From: a bacterium
GTDB lineage: Bacteria > UBA8248
DNA: 64,000 nt
Assembly: GCA_965202625.1 (NCBI GenBank)
Contig: CBDBBI010000010.1
Span: 2,368,001 to 2,432,000 of the forward strand
Reading direction: 5' to 3'
Shown: in pieces, positions 49,928 through 59,843 of the stretch
Layout: every line of letters starts with the position of its first letter
Position numbering within the stretch: position 1 is the stretch's first letter
Notes under the pieces: model-generated
Databases searched by the model: none
Seen by the model: the letters and a program-made list of their open reading frames with translations, nothing else
What the model was told of the DNA's origin: nothing
Program-made: the position numbers and the translations under genes

Positions 49928-50172
49928 TCTCGTCTCACCAAACCCTGCTCGCCTGCGCCTCGAATGGGTGCGGAGCGTTCCCCGCTTGGGGCTCGGACAA
50001 AAATCATCATTGCGAACGGCTTGGAGAAACAGCGGATTTTCCGAGGCGAAACGTCCTGGGAATGACCGTTTCAGGGGGATTGAACGGCTCCTCAAACGGC
50101 CGTGCAAGGGCGTTGCAAAAGTCGTTCAAAAGGGCGTCAAGCGTGAGGGCGGCGCGGGCGTCGGCGTCCTCA
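49928..50172. repeat. Element B, copy right of pentapeptide array
   Basis: Direct repeat of 44508-44694 with extra internal sequence. Confidence 0.85.
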
Positions 50173-50808
50173 CCGTTGCTCTCGACGTCGGAATGCGTGG
50201 AGGCGTCGGCACTGCCGGGCGGAGTCGCGCCGCGTATTGGATGCAATTTCTTGAATGCGTGCTTATGGGCGCCTTCGGCGTCGGGGGGAGGGGGCGAAGC
50301 GGCGGCGCCAGCTCGCCGTCTGCGCGCGGGTGATGCGGTAGAGCATGAAGCCGCCGGCGCTCACCGAGACGAGAATGAGCGCGAAGCCTATCGTCATCGC
50401 CCGCTGAAACGGAGTGGCACGGCGACGCTTTTTGGACTTTGGAGGCGTCCTCGCGCGCGCTGAGGGCGGGCGTTTCCACCTCGGGCAGCCAGAGAAAGGG
50501 TGCCGCCACCATCCCCGCCACGAAGAGGAAGGGAAGCAAAAGGCGCGTGAGATACAGACGCAGCAATGGCGAGAACCTCCCGCCGCCGAATATAAGGGGT
50601 TTCCCCCCGCGCGACAATGCCGTCACCGCCGCTCGCGCCTCCTCCGGGGCGTCCGCGCGATCTGCGCGTGGGAAAGCCGCCGTCCCCCGCTTCTGCGGGT
50701 TCCGGTTTGCACCGTCCGGCGAAATGTGATCGCGTCCGTTTTTTGCCGTATGATGCGCTTCGGTTTCGTCTATCTTTCATTTTTCGTTCCAGTGGGAAGG
50801 GGGAGCGG

Positions 50809-51582
50809 ATGCGGCGGCCGAGAATCGGAATCACCTGCGACGTGGGCAAGCGGAACTTTCCCGAAGCCCCCAGGGTACGCCCCCGCCACGTGCTGATGGA
50901 CGCCTACGTGGAGGCGGTGATCAAGGCGGGCGGAGTGCCGCTCCTGCTTCCTGCGGCCGAGGACGCGCGCGCTTGTGCCGCCGCGGTGGGGGGCGTGGAC
51001 GGGCTGATCATCTCCGGCGGCGGACACGATATCGACCCGACGCTCTACGGGGAGGCGCGCCTGCCCGAATGCGGCCCGACGAACCCCCGGCGCGAGACGG
51101 CGGAGATGGCGGCGTGCAGGGACGCCATCTCCCGCGACATGCCCGTGCTCGGCATCTGCGGAGGGATGCAGGTCGTCAACATCGCAGCGGGCGGTGCCCT
51201 CTATCAGGACATTCCCTCCCAGGTGGCGGGTGCGCTGACGCATCGGCCCGAGAACGCGCAGGAGAGCACCTACGCCTTCCACGAGATAGAGCTCGGCGAT
51301 TCCATCCTTGCGGAAATTTTAGGGAGCACATCAAGGGTGAACAGCCACCACCACCAGAGTGCGCGCGAGGTGGGCACAGGCGTGCGGGTATCCGCCCGAG
51401 CTGCGGATGGCGTCATCGAGGCGATAGAGTGCCCCGCCCACCGGTTCGTTCTGGGCGTGCAGTGGCATCCGGAATCCATGTCGGCTTATGGCTACGCCGA
51501 CAGGGAGGGGGCGGGGCGTCTTTTCGCGCGCCTCATCGACGAGGCGCGCACCTTCGCCAAGGAGGCGGCAGAGGCGGACTAA
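50809..51582 (+). CDS. Peptidase C26 / gamma-glutamyl-gamma-aminobutyrate hydrolase (PuuD-like)
   Basis: PRIGIT, DGLIISGG, LGICGGMQ, VNSHHHQ, GVQWHPE. Confidence 0.92.
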   Translation: MRRPRIGITCDVGKRNFPEAPRVRPRHVLMDAYVEAVIKAGGVPLLLPAAEDARACAAAVGGVDGLIISGGGHDIDPTLYGEARLPECGPTNPRRETAEMAACRDAISRDMPVLGICGGMQVVNIAAGGALYQDIPSQVAGALTHRPENAQESTYAFHEIELGDSILAEILGSTSRVNSHHHQSAREVGTGVRVSARAADGVIEAIECPAHRFVLGVQWHPESMSAYGYADREGAGRLFARLIDEARTFAKEAAEAD

Positions 51583-51696
51583 GCGGCGCGGGTTCCTCTT
51601 TTCCCGCGCTTTGGGATATACGGCCTTTCTTTTTGACCGCGCGCCCGGTGCCTCCGCAGGGGCGCGCATCAGTTGCATCGCTTTGGGGAGACGGAC

Positions 51697-52764
51697 GTGA
51701 AGATCGGCATCATCGGCCCCGCCGCCAGCGGGAAGACGACCCTGTTCAACGCACTGACGGGCGGAGACGCCGAGACGGGGGGATACGGGGCGTCGAAGGC
51801 GCGCGTCGGTGCGGCACAGGTGGCGGATGAGCGGGTGGACGCACTGAGCGCGATCTTCCGGCCAAAAAAAACCACCCGCGCGCGCGTGAGTTTCGTGGAT
51901 GCACCGGGCGTGGGCGAGGCGGGGGCGGCTTCCCGAAGCGCGGAGGCGATTCCCCAGGCACTGGAGGGGGCGGACGCACTCCTCGTCCTCGTGCGCGCTT
52001 TCGCCGACGCGGGCGTTCCGCACCCCAGAGAGCGCATAGACCCCGCGCGCGATCTGGAGGACGTCCGGCTGGATTTGATTCTGCGCGACCTCTCGGTGAT
52101 CGAACGCCGCCTGGAGCGTCTCGAGCGGACGTTGCGGGTGCGGAAAGACCCGGCAGAGGCGCGCGAGTGCGCACTGCTGCGGGAGATGGGGGCTGTTCTG
52201 GAGGAGGGCCGGCCCCTCCTCTCCATGGGGATGGACGAGGCGCAGGCCCGCGCGGTGAAAGGGTTTGGCTTCCTCTCCGCCAAGCCGCTTCTCGCCGTGG
52301 TGAACGTGGACGAGGCACAGCTGGCTGGCGGTGCGGACGTATGCGCCGGCCTTGCGGGAGACTCCGCCCCGGTTCCGCTCGCCGCACGACTGGAGGAGGA
52401 ACTCGCACAGATTCCGGATGCGGAGCGGGCGGCGTTTCTCGCGGATTACGCCCTGGAATCCTCCGCGCGGGACAGGGTGATTCGGGCGTCTTTCGCGTTG
52501 CTGCATCTGCGGTGTTTTTTCACCGTGGGGGAGGATGAGGTGCGCGCCTGGCCGGTGCGCGCGGGCGTCCGCGCCCTGCAGGCGGCGGGGACGATTCATT
52601 CGGACCTCGAGCGCGGCTTCATTCGCGCGGAGGTGGTCTCCTATCGGGATTTCATGGCGGCCGGCTCGCTCGCCGCCGCGCGCGAGAGGGGAACGCTCCG
52701 CCTTGAGGGCAGGGATTACGTCGTGGAGGACGGAGACATCATGCACGTGCGCTTCAACGTGTGA
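51697..52764 (+). CDS. YchF/OLA1-like ATPase (divergent)
   Basis: GPAASGKTTLFNALT, DERVDAL, FFTVGEDEVRAW, AGTIHSDLERGFIRAEV, RLEGRDYVVEDGDI..RFNV. Confidence 0.88.
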   Translation: MKIGIIGPAASGKTTLFNALTGGDAETGGYGASKARVGAAQVADERVDALSAIFRPKKTTRARVSFVDAPGVGEAGAASRSAEAIPQALEGADALLVLVRAFADAGVPHPRERIDPARDLEDVRLDLILRDLSVIERRLERLERTLRVRKDPAEARECALLREMGAVLEEGRPLLSMGMDEAQARAVKGFGFLSAKPLLAVVNVDEAQLAGGADVCAGLAGDSAPVPLAARLEEELAQIPDAERAAFLADYALESSARDRVIRASFALLHLRCFFTVGEDEVRAWPVRAGVRALQAAGTIHSDLERGFIRAEVVSYRDFMAAGSLAAARERGTLRLEGRDYVVEDGDIMHVRFNV

Positions 52765-52794
52765 GGGGAAGGCGGGAGGAGAAGCGACGCGGCT

Positions 52795-53910
52795 TTATGA
52801 ATGCGCGCAGCCGCGCGCGGCGGATATGCGGGAGAGGATGCGCGCGTGTGCCCTCTGGTGGGCGGCACAGCGGATGGTTTTCAGGTTTTCTTTCGCCCCG
52901 CCTGCGAGCGGGCGACAGAAGGCTTCCTTGAGCCTGCGTATCCTTTCGGCGGACGCCGCCTCCGCCTCCTCGGAGATGGCACCCTCCCTTATGGCGCGGG
53001 CGATGGTCTCGAAGGCGCGCGTCTGGGCGTCCTCTGCATGGCATATCAAGGCGACGTCCCCGCCCGCGCGGATGGCTTCCAGAGCGGCGGCCGGCGGATC
53101 CTCTATCGCGCCCATGTCGAGGTCGTCGGTGATGCAGACGCCCGCAAACCCCAGCAGGCCGCGCAGGAGTTCCCCGATGAAGCGCGGCGAGAGACTCGCA
53201 GGCGTCGTCTCGTCTATTTTCGCATAGACGGCGTGGGCCGCCATGACGCAGGCGGGCGGACACCGACCGAGGAGACGCTGAAACGGCGGCAGCTCGCGCG
53301 TCTTGAGGTCCGCAAGCGAGAGAGAGCAGACCGGCAGCGCGTCGTGGGGGTCGGGTGCCATGTCGCCGATGCCCGGAAAATGCTTGGCACAGGCGGCCAC
53401 GCCCGCCTCCTGCAGGCCTTCGGTGAGCGCCTCGCCCATGTGTGCGACGAGGTTCGCAGACGCGCCAAAGGAGCGATCGCCGATGACGGCACACCGCGGG
53501 TTGGAGAGGACGTCCAGGACGGGTGCGAAGTTGATGTTGACGCCCACCGCGCGGAGCTCCGCTCCGGTGATGCGGGCGGCTTCCTTCACAAGTGCGGAAT
53601 CGTCCGCCTCGCCAAAATCCCGCGCCGCCGGAAAGGTGGTGAAATCCGCGGAGAGGCGATTCACGCGCCCGCCCTCCTGGTCGATGCCGACCAGAAGCGG
53701 AAGCCCGGTGGGCGAGGTGCGGGCGGCCTTCTGCAGGGAGGCGAGGAGTGCGGCGGTTTGCGCGGCGGACTCTACGTTGCGCCTGAACAGGATGACGCCG
53801 CCGACCTCGCCCGCCCGTGCCCGTGCGAGGAGTGCGGCGGGGGGGTGGGTACCCTCGAAGCCGACCATGACGTGCTGGCCGGCGCGGACCTCAGGCGTCC
53901 AGGGCTTCAC
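52795..53910 (-). CDS. nagZ: Beta-N-acetylhexosaminidase (GH3)
   Basis: GGVILFRRN, IDQEGGRV, NFAPVLD, KHFPGIG...DPH, TDDLDMGA. Confidence 0.9.
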   Translation of the reverse strand: MKPWTPEVRAGQHVMVGFEGTHPPAALLARARAGEVGGVILFRRNVESAAQTAALLASLQKAARTSPTGLPLLVGIDQEGGRVNRLSADFTTFPAARDFGEADDSALVKEAARITGAELRAVGVNINFAPVLDVLSNPRCAVIGDRSFGASANLVAHMGEALTEGLQEAGVAACAKHFPGIGDMAPDPHDALPVCSLSLADLKTRELPPFQRLLGRCPPACVMAAHAVYAKIDETTPASLSPRFIGELLRGLLGFAGVCITDDLDMGAIEDPPAAALEAIRAGGDVALICHAEDAQTRAFETIARAIREGAISEEAEAASAERIRRLKEAFCRPLAGGAKENLKTIRCAAHQRAHARILSRISAARGCAHS

Positions 53911-53919
53911 GCGCGCCCC

Positions 53920-54612
53920 TCAGCCCTGGCGCATCCGCGTGATGGTGAAGGATTCGGCCATCGCCACGCCCGCCAGACGCCCGGCGTTCTCCAGCCGTTC
54001 GCGTATGCGTTTTTCTATTTGCTCGGGATTCTTGATCTGGGACTCGTGTGCGCATATCGCGCGAATTTTTTGATCGAAAGTATGCGAGACGTCCACAAAA
54101 AAATTCGGGTGGAGCGTGTTGACGTATAAAAGGTTGTTCGTGTGGTGTGCGTCGATGCCCGCGTAGCCGAGTTCGGGCAGAAAATGGTGATCCCGCGCGT
54201 AGATCACCGCCTTGAACGTGGCGTGCCCGATGGCCTGGTGGTCCGGATGCTGGTAGTGGGGGCGCCAGGGATCGTGGGTGAGGATGGTGTCGGGCCGAAA
54301 GTGGCGGATGAGAAAGGCGATCTGGTTTCTGAACGCGCGGGTATCCTCCAGCTCCCCGTCCCGGTGGCGGAGAAACAGGGTTTCCTTGACGCCCAGAATG
54401 CGGGAGGCGGCGTGTTGTTCCGCCTCGCGCGTCTTGGCGAGATCAAAAGGGCTGACGTCCTCTTTCGTGCCCTTGTCGCCGTTCGTGCAGACGACGGTGC
54501 GCACTGCGGCACCCTCCCCCGTCCAGCGGGCGATGCTGCCGCCGGCGGAGAGTTCCGCATCGTCCGGATGGGCGACGATGACGAGTACCTGCTGAAATTC
54601 CGAGTGATTCAA
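53920..54612 (-). CDS. PIG-L/LmbE family deacetylase
   Basis: AHPDDAE, TNGDKG, REAEQ, HPDH, HESQ. Confidence 0.92.
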   Translation of the reverse strand: MNHSEFQQVLVIVAHPDDAELSAGGSIARWTGEGAAVRTVVCTNGDKGTKEDVSPFDLAKTREAEQHAASRILGVKETLFLRHRDGELEDTRAFRNQIAFLIRHFRPDTILTHDPWRPHYQHPDHQAIGHATFKAVIYARDHHFLPELGYAGIDAHHTNNLLYVNTLHPNFFVDVSHTFDQKIRAICAHESQIKNPEQIEKRIRERLENAGRLAGVAMAESFTITRMRQG

Positions 54613-54630
54613 TGCCGTTTTCCCTCCTTG

Positions 54631-55953
54631 TTATGAAGCGTGATGAGATGCGAGCGTCGCCTCGGCCGGCTGACGCAGCCTCTGCCAGATTTTCCGTTCC
54701 GCCTCGGCGATTCGCGTCCAGGTGAAGGATCGCGCCCACGCCGCCGCCCTGGGGAAGGTGCGCGCACCCTGCAGAATTCTCGCCATCTCGCGCGCGTAAG
54801 CCGCCGTGTCCCCCTCCGGAACGAGATATCCGCTTTCGCCCGCACCCACCGCCCGGGAGACGCCGCCCACGTCGAAGGCGAGCGTGGGCAGCCCGCACGC
54901 GGCCGCCTCAAGGGCGACGATGCCGAAGCTCTCATAGTGCGAGGGGAGGGCGAGGAGGTCGGCGGCGGAATAGAAGAGGGGGAGCGTCTCTTGCGGCCGT
55001 GCTCCGAGAAAGCGGACGCGGGCGTCCACGCGGCGGCGGTGTGCGAGGCGGGTGAGGCGCGCGACCTCCGCTCTCTGGGCGGGCGAGGCGTAGTCCTCGG
55101 CGCGGCGGGGGGTCGTTCCGAGCCTTCCGGTGTTCTCTCTGAGCACACCGCCCACGTGAAGCAGGTGTGCGTTGAGGTCGGGGTGTTCGCGCGTCAGCAT
55201 GGCGAGGGCTTCGATCAGGCGGTCGAGGCCCTTGACGCGCTCGATGCGGCCCACGGCGAGAACGTAGGCCCCGTCCGGTGCGATCCCTAAGCGCGCGCGC
55301 GCCGCACCCCTGGAATGGGGCCGGAATTTCTCTGCGTCCACCCCGCAGGGGACGACGTGGGCGTCGGCGACGCCCGAGGCCTCCTCCACCGCGCGCGCCT
55401 CGGCGGGGGAGGAGACGAGGAGTGCGTCGGCCGATCGCGCGAGTGCGGCCTCGGCCGTCAGGCGGGCGCCCGACTCGCGCCTGCCTCCGGAGGCGAGCGC
55501 GTCGTTCTTGAGCCCGGCGAGGGTGTGAAAGCGCAAGGCGAGGGGAACGCCCCACGTCTGGGCGAGAATCTCTCCGGCGCGGCCCGATAGCCAGTAATGG
55601 GCGGAAACTCCGTCGTAGTGCGTCTGGCTCTCCTCGGAGAACGCCAGAATCCCGCGCGCGAACGCCTCGACCCAGGCGTGCTGTGCGTCCTTGTCGAGTT
55701 TTCTTGCGGGGCCCGCCGGAATGCGGACGAGGCGGCAGCCGGGTGCGAGGGGAGTGTGCGTATCGGACGCGCCGGATTCCAGGCGCGTGAAGACGTCCGC
55801 CTGAACCCCAAGGGCGGAGAGTGCTTTGGCGATTTCGCGCACGTAGACGTTCATTCCGCCCGTCAGGTCGCCGCCCAGGGGGGAGAGGGGGTCCGTGTGC
55901 ATCGAGAGTATCGCCAGGCGCATTTCCCCCCCTGCCGTCGGTCCAGCCGTCAT
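54631..55953 (-). CDS. GT4 glycosyltransferase, MshA-like
   Basis: SMHTDPL..GGMNVYV, HYWLSG, FHTL, GRIERVKG, ESFGIVALEAAACG. Confidence 0.88.
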   Translation of the reverse strand: MTAGPTAGGEMRLAILSMHTDPLSPLGGDLTGGMNVYVREIAKALSALGVQADVFTRLESGASDTHTPLAPGCRLVRIPAGPARKLDKDAQHAWVEAFARGILAFSEESQTHYDGVSAHYWLSGRAGEILAQTWGVPLALRFHTLAGLKNDALASGGRRESGARLTAEAALARSADALLVSSPAEARAVEEASGVADAHVVPCGVDAEKFRPHSRGAARARLGIAPDGAYVLAVGRIERVKGLDRLIEALAMLTREHPDLNAHLLHVGGVLRENTGRLGTTPRRAEDYASPAQRAEVARLTRLAHRRRVDARVRFLGARPQETLPLFYSAADLLALPSHYESFGIVALEAAACGLPTLAFDVGGVSRAVGAGESGYLVPEGDTAAYAREMARILQGARTFPRAAAWARSFTWTRIAEAERKIWQRLRQPAEATLASHHAS

Positions 55954-56969
55954 CCATCCTCCCTTTTCAGATGCGCGCGGAGAATGTGCTCGTCGCGCGC
56001 CCCAAAGCGGTATTTGTAGGCTTCATCGCCTCTGAGCATGTCGAAGGCGGAGCGGCCCGCCTGAATCGCCTCGTCCAACTTGTGGGCCAGGAGCACGACC
56101 CCCGCGCTCAATTCGCGCTCCAGCGGATCGAAGCCCGAGTTGTAGAGATATATCCTGTTTCCGTAGTCGAAGGAGAGGTTCGAGGCGACGGGATGGCCGT
56201 CCACCCGCATGATCGTCAAATCCAGATACCCCAGCGCGAGCATCTTTCGGCTCACGTCGGCGAAGAAGGATTTTCTCTCGGGGTTCCAGAAATCCGCCTT
56301 CTCCGGCTGGCTCAGCGCGTGCAGGGAGATGAAATCGTCCAGATCGCCGGCCAGGGCGTCCGCCGCCCCCGTTCGATGATACGCCAGCCCCTCCTCCATG
56401 CCGGCTTTTCGTATCTTGCGCCGCAAATCCCGCTCCTCTTTTGCCCCTAGTGCTCCGGCGTATGCGCTCCACGAATCGGGCAGGGCGATGACGGGACAGA
56501 CCTCCTCGCGCGATATCGAGACGGCCCCGCCCGTCGCCTCCTCCAGGGCGGGAAGGGTGGGAGACGCCTCGGGAATCCCCCGCAGGGAGATTTCGCGCCA
56601 GTCCGGCGCGCCCGGTTCGCCCAGGGCGCGAAGAATCGCCCGCCAGGAGGCGAGGTGTGCCCCGTCGGCGGCGATGAGGTCGAGATAGTCGGAAAGATCA
56701 TCCCCCCCTGTGAATCGCAACCGCCCCTCCGCGCCCAGGACGAAGGGGGCGAGTGCGGCGAGTGTGCCCTCCTCATCGCGCACGGCGCACAGGCACAGCC
56801 GCCCCGCCCCGAAATTCCTCCACCAGGAAGAGTGCCACGCGGGGTCGTAAAAAGGGTGCGCGTGGCTGGAGCGTGCCATCAGCGCGCGCCATTCGTCCTC
56901 CAGCGCGGCGAACGCCCGGGGCGATGAGAGAATCTCTGTTTGCAGCGAGGCACATGAGATTTGCGGCAT
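55950..56969 (-). CDS. GNAT family acetyltransferase (CelD/BcsL-like)
   Basis: LSDYLDLI, EEVCP, YLYNSGFDP, LSAGVVL, FDMLRGDEAYKYRFG. Confidence 0.85.
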   Translation of the reverse strand: MPQISCASLQTEILSSPRAFAALEDEWRALMARSSHAHPFYDPAWHSSWWRNFGAGRLCLCAVRDEEGTLAALAPFVLGAEGRLRFTGGDDLSDYLDLIAADGAHLASWRAILRALGEPGAPDWREISLRGIPEASPTLPALEEATGGAVSISREEVCPVIALPDSWSAYAGALGAKEERDLRRKIRKAGMEEGLAYHRTGAADALAGDLDDFISLHALSQPEKADFWNPERKSFFADVSRKMLALGYLDLTIMRVDGHPVASNLSFDYGNRIYLYNSGFDPLERELSAGVVLLAHKLDEAIQAGRSAFDMLRGDEAYKYRFGARDEHILRAHLKREDG

Positions 56970-57047
56970 CGGAGTTCCTTCCCTTTCATCTTATCCATTT
57001 TATCATCGCGCGCGGGCGTTTTTCGCAGAGGCGCTCTGCTTCGCCCC

Positions 57048-57644
57048 TCAGTCCAGTTGACGCAGCCCCACGAACCTGGCCGGAGGGTGGTTCTTCAGGG
57101 GTTCGGAGAGGCGCGAGCGGGCGAAGACGAAGAGGCGGTCGTAGTATAGCGTTTGAAAATGGGTGAAGCCCGCCTTGCCCACGCCGCGCCGTGAGGCCGT
57201 ATTTTTCGATTCCACGAAGATGAGGGCGCGCTTGAGCCCTAGGTGCGCGCCGTGTTCCAGAGCGTGCCTGAGCACGGAGGGATAGAGGTTCTTCCCCCGG
57301 CGGTGGGCGAGGGTGAACGCGTCGTATAGATATATTTCCGTGGCCGCCGGCTGAATCGCTTTGTCGATTTCCTCCACGCCCACCATGCCGCGCGCCCCCC
57401 AGATGTAGCTCACCCCCTTGCCCTTCTCAAGGGCGAGGAAGCACTTCTCGCCCCGCTCGAAGCGCTTCGCCGTCAGACTCTCGCCCTGCACGTCGGAGAT
57501 GAGGTGGCGATGGGCGGATGCGCGCTCCAGAATGACGTGCTCCACCTCGACCCGCGGCTCGCTCTGGGGGATTTCGGCGGGATACGAAAAATCGTAAAGA
57601 CAGAGCTCCACCGATGTCAGAAGCGTTGATCGCAGAAAATCCAA
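57048..57644 (-). CDS. GNAT family protein
   Basis: IYLYDAFT..HRRGKNLY, KNTASRR..KAGF. Confidence 0.75.
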   Translation of the reverse strand: MDFLRSTLLTSVELCLYDFSYPAEIPQSEPRVEVEHVILERASAHRHLISDVQGESLTAKRFERGEKCFLALEKGKGVSYIWGARGMVGVEEIDKAIQPAATEIYLYDAFTLAHRRGKNLYPSVLRHALEHGAHLGLKRALIFVESKNTASRRGVGKAGFTHFQTLYYDRLFVFARSRLSEPLKNHPPARFVGLRQLD

Positions 57645-57659
57645 AAGAGGATGGCTCCC

Positions 57660-58676
57660 TTATTTTATCTTCATGAGCGCTTCGAGATAAGGCGCAAGCG
57701 GGACGTGGATGTGGGCGAGGTCCTTCCTTTTTTCAAAATGCTCCTGAACCATCCGCGCTGTCCGGGGGATGTTTTCCAGGTAGCGCGCCGCTCCGCGCAC
57801 CGTCTTCTGGAAGGCGAAGGTGCCGATGGCCTTGAGGTTGCGCTGTATGGCCGCCGCGCACAGGGCACGCTCATACCCTTCTTTATCCGAGAAGTGCCGG
57901 CGACCGCAAGTCTCCCAGTAGCGGTGGATGATGCGCCCCCGCACCGCATCGTCGAGCCCGACGTAGCTGTCGAACGCCAGGGACGCCAGATCATACAGGC
58001 AGGGGCCCATGCGCGCGTCCTGAAAATCGATGATGAACACCTCCCCGGAGACCATCAGGTTTCTGCTGTGGTAGTCGCGGTGGGTGAGGCGAAAGGGGGT
58101 TTGGCATATCTCCCGGCACAGCTCCCGAAACGATGCGTCAAGCCCGCTCGCGTCGGTTTTCATGCCCAAAAGGCTTTCAAAGGCATGTTTGCGTGCGTGG
58201 TGCAGCTCGCCCACGAAAAAAGAGGGGTCGAACCGCCGCGCGAGCGCGACCCCCCCGTCCTCGCGCGGTGCCTCCTGCATGGCCGCCATCGCGTCAACGG
58301 CGGCGGCGTAGAACCGCCCCGCCTTCTCCCATCCCCCGAGGCACCAGACGTCCTCCAGCGTCTGATCTCCGCAGTCCTGCAGCAGAATGACGCCGGCCTC
58401 CGCATCCACCGCGAAAATTTGCGGGACGCTGAGGCCGATGGCCTCGAAATGCCTTTGCACGTCGATGAAGGGGAGCGTCTCCCGCTGGAAGGGTGCGGAT
58501 GCGATCATGCCGACGGAGCGCGTGCGCTCCCCGCCAGGGTGGAGGAGGCGGACGTAGGTGCGATCGGAGGCGTCCCCCCGCAGCGGGGTGAGCGATTGAA
58601 CGGCGACGCCGAAGCGGGCCCGCACCAGGGCTTTCAGACGCGCATGCCCACCCGCTGCGGGGTTTGTTGTGCTCAT
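57660..58676 (-). CDS. APH-family phosphotransferase, AmgK (MurNAc/GlcNAc anomeric kinase)-like
   Basis: GDASDRTYVR, HRDYHSRNLM, IDFQDA.MGP..YDLASL, QRNLKAIGTF. Confidence 0.85.
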   Translation of the reverse strand: MSTTNPAAGGHARLKALVRARFGVAVQSLTPLRGDASDRTYVRLLHPGGERTRSVGMIASAPFQRETLPFIDVQRHFEAIGLSVPQIFAVDAEAGVILLQDCGDQTLEDVWCLGGWEKAGRFYAAAVDAMAAMQEAPREDGGVALARRFDPSFFVGELHHARKHAFESLLGMKTDASGLDASFRELCREICQTPFRLTHRDYHSRNLMVSGEVFIIDFQDARMGPCLYDLASLAFDSYVGLDDAVRGRIIHRYWETCGRRHFSDKEGYERALCAAAIQRNLKAIGTFAFQKTVRGAARYLENIPRTARMVQEHFEKRKDLAHIHVPLAPYLEALMKIK

Positions 58677-59605
58677 GCGGTGTCTGGTGCGTCCTGCAAG
58701 GGGAGTGCGGAGATGGCGCGCCCCAGATCGGCCAGCGTCTTGCGGTAGGGCTCTTCTTTTCTCCTCAGCTCGAAGGTGAGCGGCCCCCGGTAGCCTTTCG
58801 CGTGGAGCGGGGCGAGAAAAGAGGGCCACGCCATCGCCCCCTCGCCCGGAAGGAGATGCGCGTCGCTGTGCCCGTCGTTGTCGTGGAGGTGGACCGCCGC
58901 GCAGAAGGGTGCCAGACGCGCGATGGCGTCGGGCAGGTTTTCCCGCTCGGTGATGAGGGCGTGGCCGGCGTCCGCGCAGATTCTCAGCCTCGGGTGGTCG
59001 ATGCGCTCCACAAATTCGGCGAGCGGTACCACGCGGCCCATGGCCGCCGGAATGTTCTCCAGTGCGAACACCAGGTCCATCTCCTCCGCCGCCGGCAAGA
59101 GCCGCGCCATGCTCTCCTCAAGCCTCTCGTAGGTGTCGCCCGCACCCGCTTTCGCAGGCGCGCCCGGATGGATGACGGCGATTCGCGCGCCCAGGGGGCG
59201 AAACGCGCGCGCCGCGCGGATGGTTCTATCGAGTGCCTCCGCCCGTTCCTGTGCATCGGGCGAGGCGAGGGAGAGCCAGCGGCCTTTTCTCGCCTCCTCC
59301 AGTTTCGCATAAAAAGGGGCGTGGAAGGTGGGTGCGGACAAGGAGAGATCCGCCAGCCAGCGTTTGAGTACCTGGAGCCGGAAGGCGTCGCTCACGTCGA
59401 AATGCGGCGTCATCGCCCACAGCTCCACGTTGCGGAAGCCCGCCTCGGCGGTCTCCGTCAGGTGGGCGTGCCGGAGCGGTTCCTGGGCGAAAAGATGGGC
59501 GGACAAGGCACGGCGGGTTCTGAGCAAACCTGAAACCCTTTGACGAGTGCGGGGCGGAGGCGGGGATGCGGGAAGATTATACGCTCCGGAGGAGGGGGGT
59601 GCCAA
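58673..59605 (-). CDS. Sugar phosphate isomerase/epimerase (xylose isomerase-like TIM barrel)
   Basis: FHAPF, ALEN, DAGHA, HLHDNDGHSDAHLLPGEG, TFE; true start probably near 59530. Confidence 0.85.
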   Translation of the reverse strand: MAPPSSGAYNLPASPPPPRTRQRVSGLLRTRRALSAHLFAQEPLRHAHLTETAEAGFRNVELWAMTPHFDVSDAFRLQVLKRWLADLSLSAPTFHAPFYAKLEEARKGRWLSLASPDAQERAEALDRTIRAARAFRPLGARIAVIHPGAPAKAGAGDTYERLEESMARLLPAAEEMDLVFALENIPAAMGRVVPLAEFVERIDHPRLRICADAGHALITERENLPDAIARLAPFCAAVHLHDNDGHSDAHLLPGEGAMAWPSFLAPLHAKGYRGPLTFELRRKEEPYRKTLADLGRAISALPLQDAPDTA

Positions 59606-59702
59606 CGGGAGGTCGGGCCGGGGCGGTGGGAGCGGGAATGCGCATCAAACCCATCGCTTCTCGGGAGCTTGGCGTGCGGGGGAATATATGCGCGGCCGTC
59701 GG

Positions 59703-59750
59703 TTGACGAAAGCGCTGCGCGCGCCTAGAATTGGTCATACCATCTGACCA
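59703..59750 (+). promoter_or_regulatory. Sigma70 promoter with overlapping FadR/GntR-type operator
   Basis: TTGACG-17 nt-TAGAAT immediately followed by TGGTCATACCATCTGACCA (TGGT-N3-ACCA and TGGTCA-N7-TGACCA). Confidence 0.75.
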
Positions 59751-59843
59751 GAGAGTTTTTCGGTTCTCAGGACATGGCGGGGACGGGCGCGGACGGTTCT
59801 CGCGCATCGCCTGGGTGTGCTCGCGTGCTGCGGAGGCGGTTTT

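Noticed and set aside
50126-50626. 166-aa ORF with one hydrophobic segment
   Set aside because: No recognisable family, weak start, 3' end runs into element B; left uncalled
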